64,000 bases of DNA from Gammaproteobacteria bacterium (GTDB taxonomy: Bacteria; Pseudomonadota; Gammaproteobacteria; GCA-001735895). Below the pieces are notes generated by a model. The model worked only from the letters and a program-made list of their open reading frames with translations, was not told where the DNA came from and did not search any database. Shown here piece after piece: positions 37,933 through 49,188 of this stretch (positions are counted from its first letter, which is position 1; each line of letters opens with the position of its first letter). The position numbers and the translations under genes are program-made. The stretch covers positions 12,682 to 76,681 of the forward strand of contig JAJDOF010000027.1 in NCBI GenBank assembly GCA_022340305.1. The letters run 5' to 3'.

Positions 37933-40242
37933 CTAAAAAGTCGCTCCAAGCGCGAACTGAAAATTCTGGGTGTTGTCACCCGGCTGATCATTTAAGGGCC
38001 ATGCGTAGCTGAACTCGATCGGACCGATGAAAGAGAACCACTTGGCCGACAGGCCCACCGATTGCCGCAACTCGTCCGTTTGGAACTGGTCGGCGTCCGC
38101 AAACACGTTACCGGCGTCGAAGTATAACCCAAGCCTGAAGGTTTCTGAACTGCCAAGCGCCTCGAGCGGAAATAATACTTCGGCGGTAGTAATCACCTGC
38201 AGATTGCCGCCAATCGGGTCGCCATTGCTATCCAGGGGTCCCAGGCTGTTAAACTCATAACCCCTGACCGAGCGCACGCCACCGGCGGTAAACTTTTCGA
38301 ATATGGGTAAATCGACCGAATCGCCGTAACTGTCGCCGTAACCAATTCTACCCTTGAAGGAAAAGGAGACGTCGTCAGTTAAGGCGTACGCGGTTTGATG
38401 GCGATACCTGACTTTGTAGAAATCGAGATCACCGCTATTCACTTCGAGGCTGATACTGTTGAGATAGCCGCTATCAGCGAAAATCCGCCGATTTCGCGTA
38501 TCTTTGGCAAAACTGATGCTGCCGAACAGCGTGTCGAACACATCACCATCGATATCGGAATTCGGGGTCGACTCGTCGTACTCGTCGCTGTTGTTACGAA
38601 TAAAATCAAATACTTCGTCGGCAGAACCATCGGTCACTCTAAGATCGTTACGCAGTACGCCGATTTCGAGCCGTAGCCTATTGTATTCAGAAAGCGGGAT
38701 ACCGTAATCGACGGACAGGCTAATCTGGTCAATCAGATAATTACTGGTATTGTTTTCAGCCGCATCGGTAGCGGTATACCTGAAATTAAACCCACGACTG
38801 ATACCTTCCGGCGTGTAATAAGGGTTTTCATAAACCAGCTTGTATTGCTCTGACGCTGCCGAGTTGTTGAACGTAAATTCAAGCTGATTCCCGGTGCCAA
38901 ATATATTCTCGTGGGCAAACCCGAGATTTATCAACGCTCCCTGTACCTGCGAATAACCGATGCCGACCTGCAGATTACCCGAGAAGCGCTCGGTCACCTG
39001 AACTTCGAGGTCGACCTCGTCCAGCGAATCAGTCACTTTTTGCGAGGTGATATTTACCGATCCCAGGTAATTCAAGCGTTGCAGGCGCACCTTGGAACGA
39101 TCGATCTTCGAGGTCTGATACATCGCTCCTTCAATTTGGCGCATTTCACGCCGCAACACGTTATCCTGGGTTTTCTCATTTCCCCTGAAATGGATATACC
39201 TGACCCGCATCTTGCTTCCCGGCACCAGCAGAAAGCGTAAACCGACTGTTTTATTGACTGGATCCGGATCGCTCAGCAGCCTTATATCAGCGAAGGCGTA
39301 ACCGTCTTCACCTAGCCTCTTCTGCATTGCACGGATCACCTTGTTGATTTCCTTGCGTGAAAATACGTCACCTTCGCGGAAACTGATCAATGGCTTTAAC
39401 TCTGTGTCGGGTACCACCATTTCTCCACCGACCTCAACATTGCTGACTCGAAACTGCTCACCCTCGCGAATATTGATTGAAATGCTGATGTCCTTGCGAT
39501 CCGGGCTGATGGTGACCTGCTGCGAGCTGACTTCAAATTGAATAAACCCACGATCCAGGTAATAGGATTTCAGGTTCTCGAGGTCGGCGGTAAGCTTTGA
39601 ACTCGAATACTCGTCATCGGCGAAAAATCCATCGCTACTCGATTCCAACTGAAACAGATCGAGCAGTTCCGCGTCATCAAAATTACGGTTACCGATCAGG
39701 TTGATCGATTTGATTCGCGCCGAGATGCCTTCTGAAATCGTAATATCGATGGCTACCCGATCTTCATCCAGTTTGCGCCACTTGGCGTCTATCCTGGCGG
39801 CATATTTACCCATGGAGTAGTACACCTGCTGCAATTCAAGCTCGAGTTTTTCCAGCTTGTTCTCGTCGAAGATACGGCCTTTGGACATGCCGACCCCGTC
39901 CATCGCCTGCTCCAGTGCCTCGTCCTCGATATCGTCATTACCTTCGAAGTTGACCTCCGCGATCGAGGGCCGCTCGACGACCCTGATGACCAGCACATTG
40001 TCACGCCGCAGCAACTCGATATCATCGAAAAACCCGGTGGAAAATAGCTCACGAATGATTTCAGGCGTGCGTTCGACATCCAGCGATTCGCCGACATTGA
40101 CCGGCAGGTAACTCAACACGGTGCCCAGCGTGATTTTTTTTATGCCATCGATTTCAATGCTGTCGACGACAAAGCTGTCAGCCTGCGCCAGGGACGACGC
40201 CAACAACAGCAGCAAAGCACTGATTCCAGACTGGATTCGCAA
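37933..40242 (-). CDS. bamA: outer membrane protein assembly factor BamA
   Basis: POTRA repeats followed by a C-terminal beta-barrel ending FQFALGATF. Start probably the TTG at 40242, which gives a 21-aa signal peptide ending AQA. The track ORF's start at 40296 overlaps rseP. Confidence 0.94.
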   Translation of the reverse strand: MRIQSGISALLLLLASSLAQADSFVVDSIEIDGIKKITLGTVLSYLPVNVGESLDVERTPEIIRELFSTGFFDDIELLRRDNVLVIRVVERPSIAEVNFEGNDDIEDEALEQAMDGVGMSKGRIFDENKLEKLELELQQVYYSMGKYAARIDAKWRKLDEDRVAIDITISEGISARIKSINLIGNRNFDDAELLDLFQLESSSDGFFADDEYSSSKLTADLENLKSYYLDRGFIQFEVSSQQVTISPDRKDISISINIREGEQFRVSNVEVGGEMVVPDTELKPLISFREGDVFSRKEINKVIRAMQKRLGEDGYAFADIRLLSDPDPVNKTVGLRFLLVPGSKMRVRYIHFRGNEKTQDNVLRREMRQIEGAMYQTSKIDRSKVRLQRLNYLGSVNITSQKVTDSLDEVDLEVQVTERFSGNLQVGIGYSQVQGALINLGFAHENIFGTGNQLEFTFNNSAASEQYKLVYENPYYTPEGISRGFNFRYTATDAAENNTSNYLIDQISLSVDYGIPLSEYNRLRLEIGVLRNDLRVTDGSADEVFDFIRNNSDEYDESTPNSDIDGDVFDTLFGSISFAKDTRNRRIFADSGYLNSISLEVNSGDLDFYKVRYRHQTAYALTDDVSFSFKGRIGYGDSYGDSVDLPIFEKFTAGGVRSVRGYEFNSLGPLDSNGDPIGGNLQVITTAEVLFPLEALGSSETFRLGLYFDAGNVFADADQFQTDELRQSVGLSAKWFSFIGPIEFSYAWPLNDQPGDNTQNFQFALGATF

Positions 40243-40244
40243 CG

Positions 40245-41624
40245 TTAACTTACCAGGCGCAACAAGTCGTTGTACAAGGCAATAGACATCAAACAAAACA
40301 GCAACGTGATGCCGATCTTCTGCCCGATAATTTCGGTTGTTTCCGACACCGGGCTACCCTTGAAAATTTCGATCAGGTAATAAAACAGGTGGCCGCCATC
40401 CAGCATCGGTACAGGCAACAGGTTCAATACTCCAAGACTGATACTGATGATCGCCAGGAAACCGAGAAATGGCTCCAGACCGATGCGCGCCGATACGCCG
40501 GCATAATGTGCGATGGTGATCGGACCACTCAAATTGCGCACACTGGCTTCCCCGGTGACCAGTTTCGCCAGCACGCGCAGGGTTAGCCAGCTCATGCGCC
40601 AGGTCTTGTCGAGCGCCTGACCCATTGCCGCCAGCGGGCCAAAGTGCTCGGTTACCGACATTTTTTCACGTAGTTCAGCGGGTATTTCGATACGGTTACG
40701 AACTCCGATATAGCCATAGTTTTCACCAGCTTCGGCACGCAGACGCGGTGTTATGCTGAGTTCTACCGACCGACCTTCGCGCAATACCATGAGCGACATT
40801 GGAACGCCTGCATTGTCACGAATCTGCTGCACCCACTGGCGCGCATTTATAATGTCATGGCCGTTCAACGACAGGATTTTGTCCCCGGCCAACACACCCG
40901 ACTCGGCGGCCGCACCATCCGCCAGAACCTCGGCGATTGTCGGCGCTATATTCGGTCGCCAGGTCGACAGGCCCAGGTCGCCCATCAGGTCGATCTGCTC
41001 CTCTTTCAGCAATGGCAGATCTGCTATGTCAATCACACGCTCATGGATCTGCAAATCGCGGCTCTGCACTCGCAGTACGATCTGCGGACTGCTGACCGAT
41101 TCTTCAAGCATGGCAAATCGTGCTCTTTCCCAGGTTGCGGTTTCGACCCCATTGACCGCCAGTATCAGGTCACCTTGCTGAACCCCCGCTGTATAAGCGG
41201 GACCGGCAACGCTGACCTCGCCGATAACGGGTTTCATACCGCTCACCCCGGCGATGAATATCAGGTAGTAGGCCAGAATCGCGAACAGGAAGTTGAAGAC
41301 GGGCCCGGCGGCGACAATCGCAAATCGACGCCACACCGATTTACGATTAAAGGCACGAGGCAAATACTGCGGCTCAACCTCACCCTCGCGTTCATCCAGC
41401 ATTTTCACATAGCCACCGAGGGGGATTGCGGCGATCACGTACTCGGTCTGGTCGGGCCCTGCTTTACGCATCCACAAAGGCCTGCCGAAGCCGACCGAGA
41501 AGCGCAACACCTTGACGCCGAGCCTGCGTGCCACCCAGAAGTGTCCGAATTCATGCACCGTAACCAGCACACCGATGGCGACTATGAAGGCAACAATACT
41601 ATAGCTGATACCGAGAAAATCCAT
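40245..41624 (-). CDS. rseP: sigma-E regulated intramembrane zinc metalloprotease RseP
   Basis: HEFGHF zinc motif, two PDZ regions, and NLLPVPMLDGGH. Confidence 0.95.
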   Translation of the reverse strand: MDFLGISYSIVAFIVAIGVLVTVHEFGHFWVARRLGVKVLRFSVGFGRPLWMRKAGPDQTEYVIAAIPLGGYVKMLDEREGEVEPQYLPRAFNRKSVWRRFAIVAAGPVFNFLFAILAYYLIFIAGVSGMKPVIGEVSVAGPAYTAGVQQGDLILAVNGVETATWERARFAMLEESVSSPQIVLRVQSRDLQIHERVIDIADLPLLKEEQIDLMGDLGLSTWRPNIAPTIAEVLADGAAAESGVLAGDKILSLNGHDIINARQWVQQIRDNAGVPMSLMVLREGRSVELSITPRLRAEAGENYGYIGVRNRIEIPAELREKMSVTEHFGPLAAMGQALDKTWRMSWLTLRVLAKLVTGEASVRNLSGPITIAHYAGVSARIGLEPFLGFLAIISISLGVLNLLPVPMLDGGHLFYYLIEIFKGSPVSETTEIIGQKIGITLLFCLMSIALYNDLLRLVS

Positions 41625-41629
41625 AATGA

Positions 41630-42805
41630 TTACAACCGCGTCTTAACGAGTTCAGAAGCAAGCCGGCGTGCCCCGGCATCCGCTTCGAGAATAGCCGCCA
41701 GATCGCCTGCCGGTCCGCCTGGTGTCCTTTCCATTACTTCATTAATCAATTTAGCTATCTCGGTAAAGCGGATATGTCGTTCAAGGAAATGGGCGACGGC
41801 CACCTCGTTGGCGGCGTTCAAAACGGCTATGCTGTCGCCACCTTGCTGCCAGGCCTGGCGCGCCAGGGCGAGACAGGGATAACGTCGATCATCGGCGAGT
41901 GTGAAGTCTAATTGACTGACCTGCAACAAGTTCAATGGTTCCACCCCACTTTTAATGCGGTCGGGCCAGGCCAAAGCGTTGGCGATCGGAGTACGCATAT
42001 CGGGGTTGCCCAACTGGGCGATAACCGAACCGTCATCGTAGGAAACCATCGAATGAATGATACTTTGCCGGTGTAGCAGAATTTCGACATCGCTGTGATC
42101 TACGGAAAACAACCAGCAGGCTTCGATCAACTCGAGACCCTTATTCATCATGGTTGCCGAATCCACCGAAATTTTCGGGCCCATGTCCCAGTTGGGATGC
42201 GCGCAGGCCTGTTCCGGGGTGACATCCTCGATAGCACGTAGATCAATGTCCCGAAAGGGCCCACCCGATCCCGTCAGAATTATCTTGCGCACACCCTTGC
42301 CACTAATACCAGCACCGACAGATCCCGCGGGCAGGCACTGGAATATGGCATTGTGCTCGCTGTCAACCGGCAACAGCTCGGCACCAGAGCGGCGCACCTC
42401 GTCCATGAACAACGCGCCCGCCATCACCAGCGACTCCTTGTTAGCAAGCAAAATACGCTTGCCGGCCCGAACCGCTGCCAAAGTGGGCATTAACCCGACC
42501 GAGCCGACGATTGCGGCAACGACGATATCGACCTCACTGGCAGCAGCAACCCGGGTGAGTCCCTCGTCGCCAGCCAACACCACGGTGGGCAGATCGGCGA
42601 TTGCCCGATGCAATTCCTGTGCGCTATCGGCGTTACTCATCACCGCAAAATCCGGCGTAAAGCGACGACACAGGGTTTCCATTTTGGCGCGATTGTCATT
42701 CGCCGTCAGCGCAAACAGGTGATAGCGTTCGGGGTGCAGCGCGACGATATCGAGCGTCGACTGTCCGATCGAACCAGTGGCACCGAGTATGGTTAGCTGT
42801 TTCAC
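41630..42805 (-). CDS. dxr: 1-deoxy-D-xylulose-5-phosphate reductoisomerase
   Basis: [31 protein letters not shown] and HPNWDMG. Confidence 0.97.
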   Translation of the reverse strand: MKQLTILGATGSIGQSTLDIVALHPERYHLFALTANDNRAKMETLCRRFTPDFAVMSNADSAQELHRAIADLPTVVLAGDEGLTRVAAASEVDIVVAAIVGSVGLMPTLAAVRAGKRILLANKESLVMAGALFMDEVRRSGAELLPVDSEHNAIFQCLPAGSVGAGISGKGVRKIILTGSGGPFRDIDLRAIEDVTPEQACAHPNWDMGPKISVDSATMMNKGLELIEACWLFSVDHSDVEILLHRQSIIHSMVSYDDGSVIAQLGNPDMRTPIANALAWPDRIKSGVEPLNLLQVSQLDFTLADDRRYPCLALARQAWQQGGDSIAVLNAANEVAVAHFLERHIRFTEIAKLINEVMERTPGGPAGDLAAILEADAGARRLASELVKTRL

Positions 42806-43617
42806 AGCTGCCCCGCGAATATGAGACCACTGACATACACCGGCGTCGCCGCGATCAAGCTATCAACACGATCGAGCACTCCACCGTGGCCGGGCAGCAA
42901 GCTACCGCTGTCCTTGACGCCTGCCTCACGCTTCAACACGCTCTCGAACAGGTCGCCAACGACCGATATCAAAGACGTCGCAACGCCAACCAGCAGAAAT
43001 GGCAATAGTGCAATTCCCCAGCCCTGGCTTATCCAGTAAACCACCAGCATCCACAACAGATTGGCAAGCAATCCCCCGATCAGCCCTTCGCGCGTCTTGC
43101 CCGGACTGATGGCCGGTGCAAGCTTGTTACGCCCGAAGCGGCGGCCACTGAAATAGGCACCAATGTCCGCCACCCACACCAGACTGAGCAGATAAAGCAG
43201 CATGACGCCCCCATAGGTCGCGTGCAGATATAACAGCCCATGCACGCATATCCACAACAAGTCGAGGCCCACTGCGAGCAGCACAACACGCCCCATCAGC
43301 GGCCAGCTACCGCTGTGGCGATAGAAAAACAGACCCACCAGGACCAGCGCCCACAACGCGACCCCGGCGAGGGATTGCCAGAGAACCAGCCCGGCACTGA
43401 CCACCGACCCGGACCACCAGTAAAGCGCGACATACAGAGTCGCGACCGACACGGCGGCAAGCGTCGTTGTGCGCAAGGTGAGCAGGATCAACTCCCACGA
43501 CGCCGCAAACAAAAAAAACGCGAGCAAGACCCGGGTCCACAGGGTATCGGCCTGCAGGATACTGCCGACGACGACAATCGCCAGGACAATGGCGGTTATA
43601 ATGCGTTGCCTTAACAT
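42802..43617 (-). CDS. cdsA: phosphatidate cytidylyltransferase
   Basis: Multi-pass membrane protein with a C-terminal CDS signature ([28 protein letters not shown]). Confidence 0.94.
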   Translation of the reverse strand: MLRQRIITAIVLAIVVVGSILQADTLWTRVLLAFFLFAASWELILLTLRTTTLAAVSVATLYVALYWWSGSVVSAGLVLWQSLAGVALWALVLVGLFFYRHSGSWPLMGRVVLLAVGLDLLWICVHGLLYLHATYGGVMLLYLLSLVWVADIGAYFSGRRFGRNKLAPAISPGKTREGLIGGLLANLLWMLVVYWISQGWGIALLPFLLVGVATSLISVVGDLFESVLKREAGVKDSGSLLPGHGGVLDRVDSLIAATPVYVSGLIFAGQL

Positions 43618-44357
43618 CCAGGAGGAACCTCGACCTGATCCCCGGTCTTACCATAGCGGCGTTGCCGCCGGTGATATTCGTCAAGCGCGAGTTGCATTTC
43701 ACGATCGTCGAAATCGGGCCACAGGCAGTCGCAGAAATAAAACTCGGTGTAGGCCAACTGCCACAACAGGAAATTACTGATACGCTGCTCGCCACCGGTG
43801 CGAATGAAAAGATCGGGACTTGGTACCTCCCCAAGCGCTAGCCCGCTGGCGAATTGTCGATCATCGATCTGCGCGATGCTGATTTCGCCGTCTTGTACGC
43901 GGGTTGCCAGCTCGCGCGCGGCATTGACGATATCCCAATGACCACCATAATTAGCTGCAATAATCAGCGTCATGCCCCGGTTGTCGACCGTTTTCAATTC
44001 GGTTTGCTCGATTTGCTGGCGTAATTTGTCGGCAAAGCGATCGCGGTTACCGATAAAGCGAATACGCAACCCTTTTTCGTGCAATTCATCGGTATAACGC
44101 TGCAGTGAGCGGATGAACAGCTCCATCAGGTTGCTCACCTCTTCCTCTGGACGCTTCCAGTTTTCACTGCTGAACGCAAACAAGGTTAGATAATCGACGC
44201 CCGCACCGGCAAAAAACTCGACGCAACGTCGCGTCGCGTCGACACCTTGACGATGGCCAAAGCTGCGCGGCATCAGTCGCTGCCTGGCCCAGCGCCCATT
44301 GCCATCCATGATGATGCAGATGTGGCCGGGATTCGATGCCTGGGATTGCACGGTCAT
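43611..44357 (-). CDS. uppS: isoprenyl transferase (undecaprenyl-diphosphate synthase)
   Basis: HICIIMDGNGRWA, TLFAFSSENWKRP and RTGGEQRISNFLLWQ. Confidence 0.96.
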   Translation of the reverse strand: MTVQSQASNPGHICIIMDGNGRWARQRLMPRSFGHRQGVDATRRCVEFFAGAGVDYLTLFAFSSENWKRPEEEVSNLMELFIRSLQRYTDELHEKGLRIRFIGNRDRFADKLRQQIEQTELKTVDNRGMTLIIAANYGGHWDIVNAARELATRVQDGEISIAQIDDRQFASGLALGEVPSPDLFIRTGGEQRISNFLLWQLAYTEFYFCDCLWPDFDDREMQLALDEYHRRQRRYGKTGDQVEVPPGC

Positions 44358-44610
44358 GGATCCGGATGCAGCGAAGGATTAGCCCGCATGTTGCAACGCT
44401 ATCGCCAACGCTGTCGTGCGCGAGGGAATGCCATAGCCCGGACTATGGACCGAGGAAAATCCGGGTTCGGTTGTATGCGCACAGGTCAGGGGCACGACAG
44501 GGCCCGGGCCAGTGACAAAATGAAAATTTATTTTCACCCGTGAAATCACCACACTATTATCATTCAGGTAGATAGATCAAGGCAGGAGACCGACTGCTGC
44601 GAAACGCAGG

Positions 44611-45168
44611 TTAGATTTCCATCAACTCCTTTTCCTTGATCTGCAGTAGTGCCTCAATCTCGTCGGTCGATTGATTGGTCACCTGCTGCACCAGGTCCTC
44701 TCCACGATGTTCTTCGTCTTCGGAAATATCCTTATCTTTCAGCAGCGTCTTGAGATCACTGTTAGCATCACGACGAATATTCCTGACCGCAATACGTGCA
44801 TTTTCGGCTAACTCACGCACCACCTTGACCAGCTCCTTGCGACGCTCCTCGGTCAGCGGTGGCATCGGCACACGAATAACGGTACCGGCCGTGGACGGGT
44901 TGAGGCCGAGATCGGAGGTCATTATGGCCTTTTCGATAACCGACACCATGCTCTTGTCCCAGGGAGACACCGCGAGGGTACGTGCGTCCTCGACAGTAAT
45001 GTTGGCCGACTGTCCAATCGGCACTTCACTGCCGTAAAAATCGACGGTAATGTGGTTGAGCAGGCTCGGGTGCGCACGACCGGTACGAATCTTGCTGAGT
45101 TCGGCCTGGAACGCTTCGATGCTCTTGCTCATACGATTGCGCGCATCCTTCTTGATGTCTTCTATCAT
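44611..45168 (-). CDS. frr: ribosome recycling factor
   Basis: 185 aa; [12 protein letters not shown] and [11 protein letters not shown]. 4-nt overlap with the pyrH stop. Confidence 0.97.
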   Translation of the reverse strand: MIEDIKKDARNRMSKSIEAFQAELSKIRTGRAHPSLLNHITVDFYGSEVPIGQSANITVEDARTLAVSPWDKSMVSVIEKAIMTSDLGLNPSTAGTVIRVPMPPLTEERRKELVKVVRELAENARIAVRNIRRDANSDLKTLLKDKDISEDEEHRGEDLVQQVTNQSTDEIEALLQIKEKELMEI

Positions 45169-45896
45169 TTTTCTACCTCGTTTCGACTGACCCGGGTGCC
45201 CACCAGTTCACCCCTGGCCAGATCCAGTAATGCACCAGACTGGTTGATGTCACAAACGACCAGTTGCAGCGCATTATCATTACATAAAATCATCGCGGCG
45301 ACATCCATCACCGCCAGGCGCTGGTCAATCGCCTGATCGTAATTCAGTTGTGCGAATCGTCGCGCATCGGCATGTTTCATCGGATCCTTATCGTAGATGC
45401 CATCCACTTTGGTCGCCTTGATCAACAAGTCCGCCTGTACTTCGACCGCGCGCAAACTGGCCCCGGTATCGGTGGTGAAATAAGGGCTACCGGTTCCAGC
45501 AGCGAAGATAACGATGTCACCGGCCGCTAGATGCTGACGTGCATGTCGTTGGGTATAGGTTTCACACACCTGGGGAATGGCCAGGCCCGACATGACCAAA
45601 GCTGCGGCACCCTGCCGCAACAAACCATCCTGCAGCGCAAGTGCATTCATCACGGTCGCCAGCATGCCCATGTGATCCGCGGTTACCCGATCGAGGCCAC
45701 CATCGGCCAGGCTGGCGCCCCGCATCAGGTTGCCGCCACCTACCACACAAGCCACTTCGACGCCGGCATCGCGCAGTCCAACCAACTCTGCAGAGAGCTT
45801 GTCGATCATTTTTGGGTCAATACCGGAGACTTGATCACCCAGCAGAGCTTCACCGCTGAGCTTTACCAGGATGCGCTTATACTTGATTTTTTGCAT
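45165..45896 (-). CDS. pyrH: UMP kinase
   Basis: [19 protein letters not shown] and [13 protein letters not shown]. Start at the internal ATG 45896. Confidence 0.96.
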   Translation of the reverse strand: MQKIKYKRILVKLSGEALLGDQVSGIDPKMIDKLSAELVGLRDAGVEVACVVGGGNLMRGASLADGGLDRVTADHMGMLATVMNALALQDGLLRQGAAALVMSGLAIPQVCETYTQRHARQHLAAGDIVIFAAGTGSPYFTTDTGASLRAVEVQADLLIKATKVDGIYDKDPMKHADARRFAQLNYDQAIDQRLAVMDVAAMILCNDNALQLVVCDINQSGALLDLARGELVGTRVSRNEVEK

Positions 45897-46033
45897 AGGA
45901 TTTGACTCACAATGGCAGATTACCAGTGTCAGCATTCCACCCGGTCCGCAGACCCTGACACCAGGGCGGAGTTTATAGCTAAATTCAGCGGATGATAAGG
46001 CCGATTTTTGGCCGCGCGCCAGCGCTGCAAACG

Positions 46034-46061
46034 AAAAAAAGGCCGCGAAGCTCGCGGCCTT
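46034..46061 (-). terminator. rho-independent terminator downstream of tsf
   Basis: The minus strand reads AAGGCCGCGAGCTTCGCGGCCTTTTTTT: a 7-8 bp GC stem, short loop and a 7-T run. It begins 9 nt after the tsf TAG. Confidence 0.8.
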
Positions 46062-46069
46062 GTCGAATG

Positions 46070-46942
46070 CTAGGCATTTAGCTGCGATGCAACTTCGGCA
46101 GCAAAATCCTCGACTTTCTTTTCGATACCTTCACCGACTTCGTAACGGATGAAACCCTTGACCTCGGCACCCGCCGTGGCGAGCAGTTTACCCACCTTTT
46201 GATCTGGGTCCTTGACGAATGGCTGCCCCATTAACGTGACTTCGGCGAGAAACTTGTCAAGTCTGCCCTCAATCATCTTTTCGATGATCTCGGGTGGTTT
46301 GCCGCTGGATTCTGCCTGAGCAATCAATATGCCCTTCTCCTTTGCAACAAACTCGGCGGGGATCGCATCCTGATCGACAAATTGCGGATTAACCGCGGCG
46401 ATGTGCATTGCAATATCACGCGCAAGACCTGTTTCCGCGCTGGAATCGACCAGCACACCGATGCGAGAACCGTGGGCATAGGACGCAATGGCTGCGTCCG
46501 ACTCAATGCGCTGGAAACGCCGTACCTGTATATTTTCACCGACCTTGGCGATCAGGGCCTGACGCGCTTCTTCGACGCTTTGCCCACCTTGCAGTTGCAT
46601 ACCCGCCAACTGCTCGACCGACTCTGGCTGCTGTTGGTCAATCACTGCCAGCACCTGGTCGGCAAACGTCTGAAAATTATCATCCTTGGCGACAAAATCG
46701 GTTTCCGAGTTGATTTCCAGGATCACCGCGGAGTGACCATCATCGCTGACCAACAGCTTGATGGCACCATCGGCTGCGACGCGTCCAGCCTTCTTGTCAG
46801 CCTTGGCGGCACCGGACTTACGCATCAGTTCGGCGGCAGCTTCGATATCGCCGTCGGTTTCTACTAATGCTTTCTTACATTCCATCATGCCCGAACCGGT
46901 GCGTTCGCGCAGTTCTTTCACTTGAGATGCTGTTATAGCCAC
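46070..46942 (-). CDS. tsf: translation elongation factor Ts
   Basis: [25 protein letters not shown]-terminus. 290 aa, in rpsB-tsf synteny. Confidence 0.97.
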   Translation of the reverse strand: MAITASQVKELRERTGSGMMECKKALVETDGDIEAAAELMRKSGAAKADKKAGRVAADGAIKLLVSDDGHSAVILEINSETDFVAKDDNFQTFADQVLAVIDQQQPESVEQLAGMQLQGGQSVEEARQALIAKVGENIQVRRFQRIESDAAIASYAHGSRIGVLVDSSAETGLARDIAMHIAAVNPQFVDQDAIPAEFVAKEKGILIAQAESSGKPPEIIEKMIEGRLDKFLAEVTLMGQPFVKDPDQKVGKLLATAGAEVKGFIRYEVGEGIEKKVEDFAAEVASQLNA

Positions 46943-46984
46943 TTCATTACCTCGTTGGTTTCCTGCTCAAATACCAGCTGTGAA

Positions 46985-48172
46985 CTACTCGGCGCTGGCG
47001 TCGGTTTTGTCAGCCGCCTTGCTGGCAGCGGCTTTCTTGGTTGCTGCCTTCTTGGTGGCGGCTTTCTTGGGCGCGGCCTTTTTACTTGCCGACTTTTTGA
47101 CTGCCGCTTTTTTCGGCGCCGCGGCAGCTTTTGCCGGCGTCTCATCGTCAGCATCTACTGCGGCGCTTTCAACCGGCGCAGCAGCCTCTGCAGGAGCTTC
47201 AGCCGATGCACTCACTTCGTCGGCCACGACAGATTCATCGGCTGCGGCGACTTCAGTGTCAGCAGCAGGGGCTGCTTCGGTTACGGCTTCGGTTACGGCT
47301 TCGGTTACGGCTTCGGTTACGGCTTCGGTTACGGCTTCGGTTACGGCTTCGGTTACGGCTTCGGTTACGGCTTCGGGGGCTTTCGCCGCTGCGGCGCTTG
47401 CCTTTTTAGCCGTGATCTTGACTGAAGGTTTCACTACCGCCTCATCCGGATCGACTTCGATCAATTCGGCATCGGCGTCGGCGGTCACGATGCTCTGCTT
47501 GGCGTCGAGAATGGCATCAGCCACCATGCGCGTATAGAGCTTGATCGCACGCATCGAGTCGTCGTTGCCAGGCACGATGTATTCGATATTTTCAGGGGAA
47601 TTATTAGTATCGACGATACCAACTACCGGGATACCCAGCTTGGTCGCTTCCTGCACCGCAATTTTCTCGTAGCCGACATCGATGACAAACAGGACATCCG
47701 GCAATCCGCCCATTTCCTTGATGCCACCGAGGGTTTTATCGAGTTTTTCCCGCTCGCGCGACAAATTCAGAATTTCTTTCTTGCTGATTTTTTCATAATT
47801 GTTGCTGGCCTCCATGTCCTCGAGTTCCTTCAAACGCTTGATTGAGGCGCGCACCGTACGGAAATTGGTCAGCATGCCACCGAGCCAGCGATGGTTGACG
47901 AAAGGCATGCCGCAACGCAGCGCTTCTTCCTTGATCGAATCGCTGGCGGCACGCTTGGTACCGACAAACATGACCTTGCCTTTCTTTGCCGCGACCTTGC
48001 CCAGATAATTAACCGCGTCGCGGCACATCGGCATGGTCTGCTCGAGATTGATGATGTGGATCTTGTTGCGCTCACCGAAAATAAAGGGAGCCATTTTAGG
48101 ATTCCAGAAACGGGTTTGGTGTCCAAAATGGACGCCCGCTTCCAACATTTCACGCATGGTGACGTTAGACAT
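46985..48172 (-). CDS. rpsB: 30S ribosomal protein S2 with a ~150-aa low-complexity C-terminal extension
   Basis: The N-terminal ~240 aa are canonical S2 ([34 protein letters not shown]). The ORF then continues in frame through (EAVT)x8 and an Ala/Lys-rich tail to 395 aa. Confidence 0.93.
   Translation of the reverse strand: MSNVTMREMLEAGVHFGHQTRFWNPKMAPFIFGERNKIHIINLEQTMPMCRDAVNYLGKVAAKKGKVMFVGTKRAASDSIKEEALRCGMPFVNHRWLGGMLTNFRTVRASIKRLKELEDMEASNNYEKISKKEILNLSREREKLDKTLGGIKEMGGLPDVLFVIDVGYEKIAVQEATKLGIPVVGIVDTNNSPENIEYIVPGNDDSMRAIKLYTRMVADAILDAKQSIVTADADAELIEVDPDEAVVKPSVKITAKKASAAAAKAPEAVTEAVTEAVTEAVTEAVTEAVTEAVTEAVTEAAPAADTEVAAADESVVADEVSASAEAPAEAAAPVESAAVDADDETPAKAAAAPKKAAVKKSASKKAAPKKAATKKAATKKAAASKAADKTDASAE
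47275..47376. repeat. 12-bp tandem repeat, 8.5 copies (plus strand CTTCGGTTACGG; encodes EAVT on the minus strand) inside rpsB
   Basis: Eight perfect units were counted directly at 47275-47370, followed by a partial unit. Confidence 0.95.
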
Positions 48173-48368
48173 GAGTTTCTCCAGATGTCTGTGGATAGTA
48201 TTTGTTGTAACTATCCCGGGTTAGGCCTCCACATGCCCGACGCTTACGACCTGCTCTCTGGTAATCGCAGGCACCCATAAACGCGTTATGACATGTGTGT
48301 GTCGTTTAAAACCGGGAATTACCCTCGGTTTCGATTAATTTTGCCTGGCAGTTGCCGAAGGCGCGCGC

Positions 48369-48397
48369 TTTATACCATAATCCCGTATCTTCAACAA
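48369..48397 (-). promoter_or_regulatory. candidate sigma-70 promoter of rpsB with extended -10 (TTGTTG-N17-TATAAA, TG at -15/-14)
   Basis: The minus strand reads TTGTTGAAGATACGGGATTATGGTATAAA. I recall the E. coli rpsB promoter also having an extended -10. It would give a ~190-nt leader. Confidence 0.4.
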
Positions 48398-48416
48398 CCA
48401 GCCAGTCTGAATATTT

Positions 48417-49184
48417 ATGGGTGTTACGATCAAATCCCCCGAGGAAATCGAAAAAATGCGCGTCGCCGGGCGTCTTGCCGCGGATGTACTGCGCATGATC
48501 GAACCCCACGTCGTGCCGGGCATCACGACCCAGCAACTAAACGACATCTGCCACGATTTCATGGTAAATGAGCAGTCGGTGGTGCCTGCTCCACTCAATT
48601 ACCGCGGCTTCCCGCGCTCAATTTGTACCTCGGTCAATCATGTCGTCTGTCATGGCATTCCCGCCGACAAGACATTAAAAAACGGTGACATCATCAATAT
48701 CGACATCACCGTGATCAAGGATGACTATCACGGCGACACCAGCCGCATGTTCATGGTCGGTAAACCGACGGTACAGGGTGAGCGCATCTCACGCATTGCC
48801 TACGAGTGCATGAAAATCGGAATTGAAATGATCAAGCCTGGAGTGCGCCTCGGCGACATCGGCCACGCAATTCAGCAACATGCTGAAAAAAATCGCTGCA
48901 GCGTCGTACGTGAGTACTGTGGCCACGGTATCGGCAAGGTGTTTCACGAGGACCCACAGGTATTGCACTACGGCAGGCCGAATACGGGCCTGATGCTCGA
49001 AACGGGGATGACCTTTACCGTGGAACCCATGATTAACCTGGGCCGCCGCCACGTAAAATTATTGCCCGATGAATGGACCGTGGTCACCAAGGACCACAGC
49101 TTGACTGCCCAGTGGGAGCACACCAACCTGGTCACCGACGATGGCTTCGAAATCCTGACGCTACATCCAGACTACGGATTCTGA
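48417..49184 (+). CDS. map: type I methionine aminopeptidase
   Basis: IKSPEEIEKMRVAG, metal ligands in DIINIDITV, HGDTS, YCGHGIG and the EP region. 255 aa. Confidence 0.96.
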   Translation: MGVTIKSPEEIEKMRVAGRLAADVLRMIEPHVVPGITTQQLNDICHDFMVNEQSVVPAPLNYRGFPRSICTSVNHVVCHGIPADKTLKNGDIINIDITVIKDDYHGDTSRMFMVGKPTVQGERISRIAYECMKIGIEMIKPGVRLGDIGHAIQQHAEKNRCSVVREYCGHGIGKVFHEDPQVLHYGRPNTGLMLETGMTFTVEPMINLGRRHVKLLPDEWTVVTKDHSLTAQWEHTNLVTDDGFEILTLHPDYGF

Positions 49185-49188
49185 GGCG

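Noticed and set aside
47275-47376. Short regularly spaced repeats that could be mistaken for a CRISPR or minisatellite locus.
   Set aside because: The units are contiguous 12-mers without spacers. They lie in frame inside rpsB, where they encode (EAVT)n.
46922-47537. Plus-strand ORFs 46922-47425 and 46980-47537, with GYGF and SVTA repeats.
   Set aside because: They are antisense shadows of the rpsB low-complexity tail. Their repeat-driven open frames have no start context.
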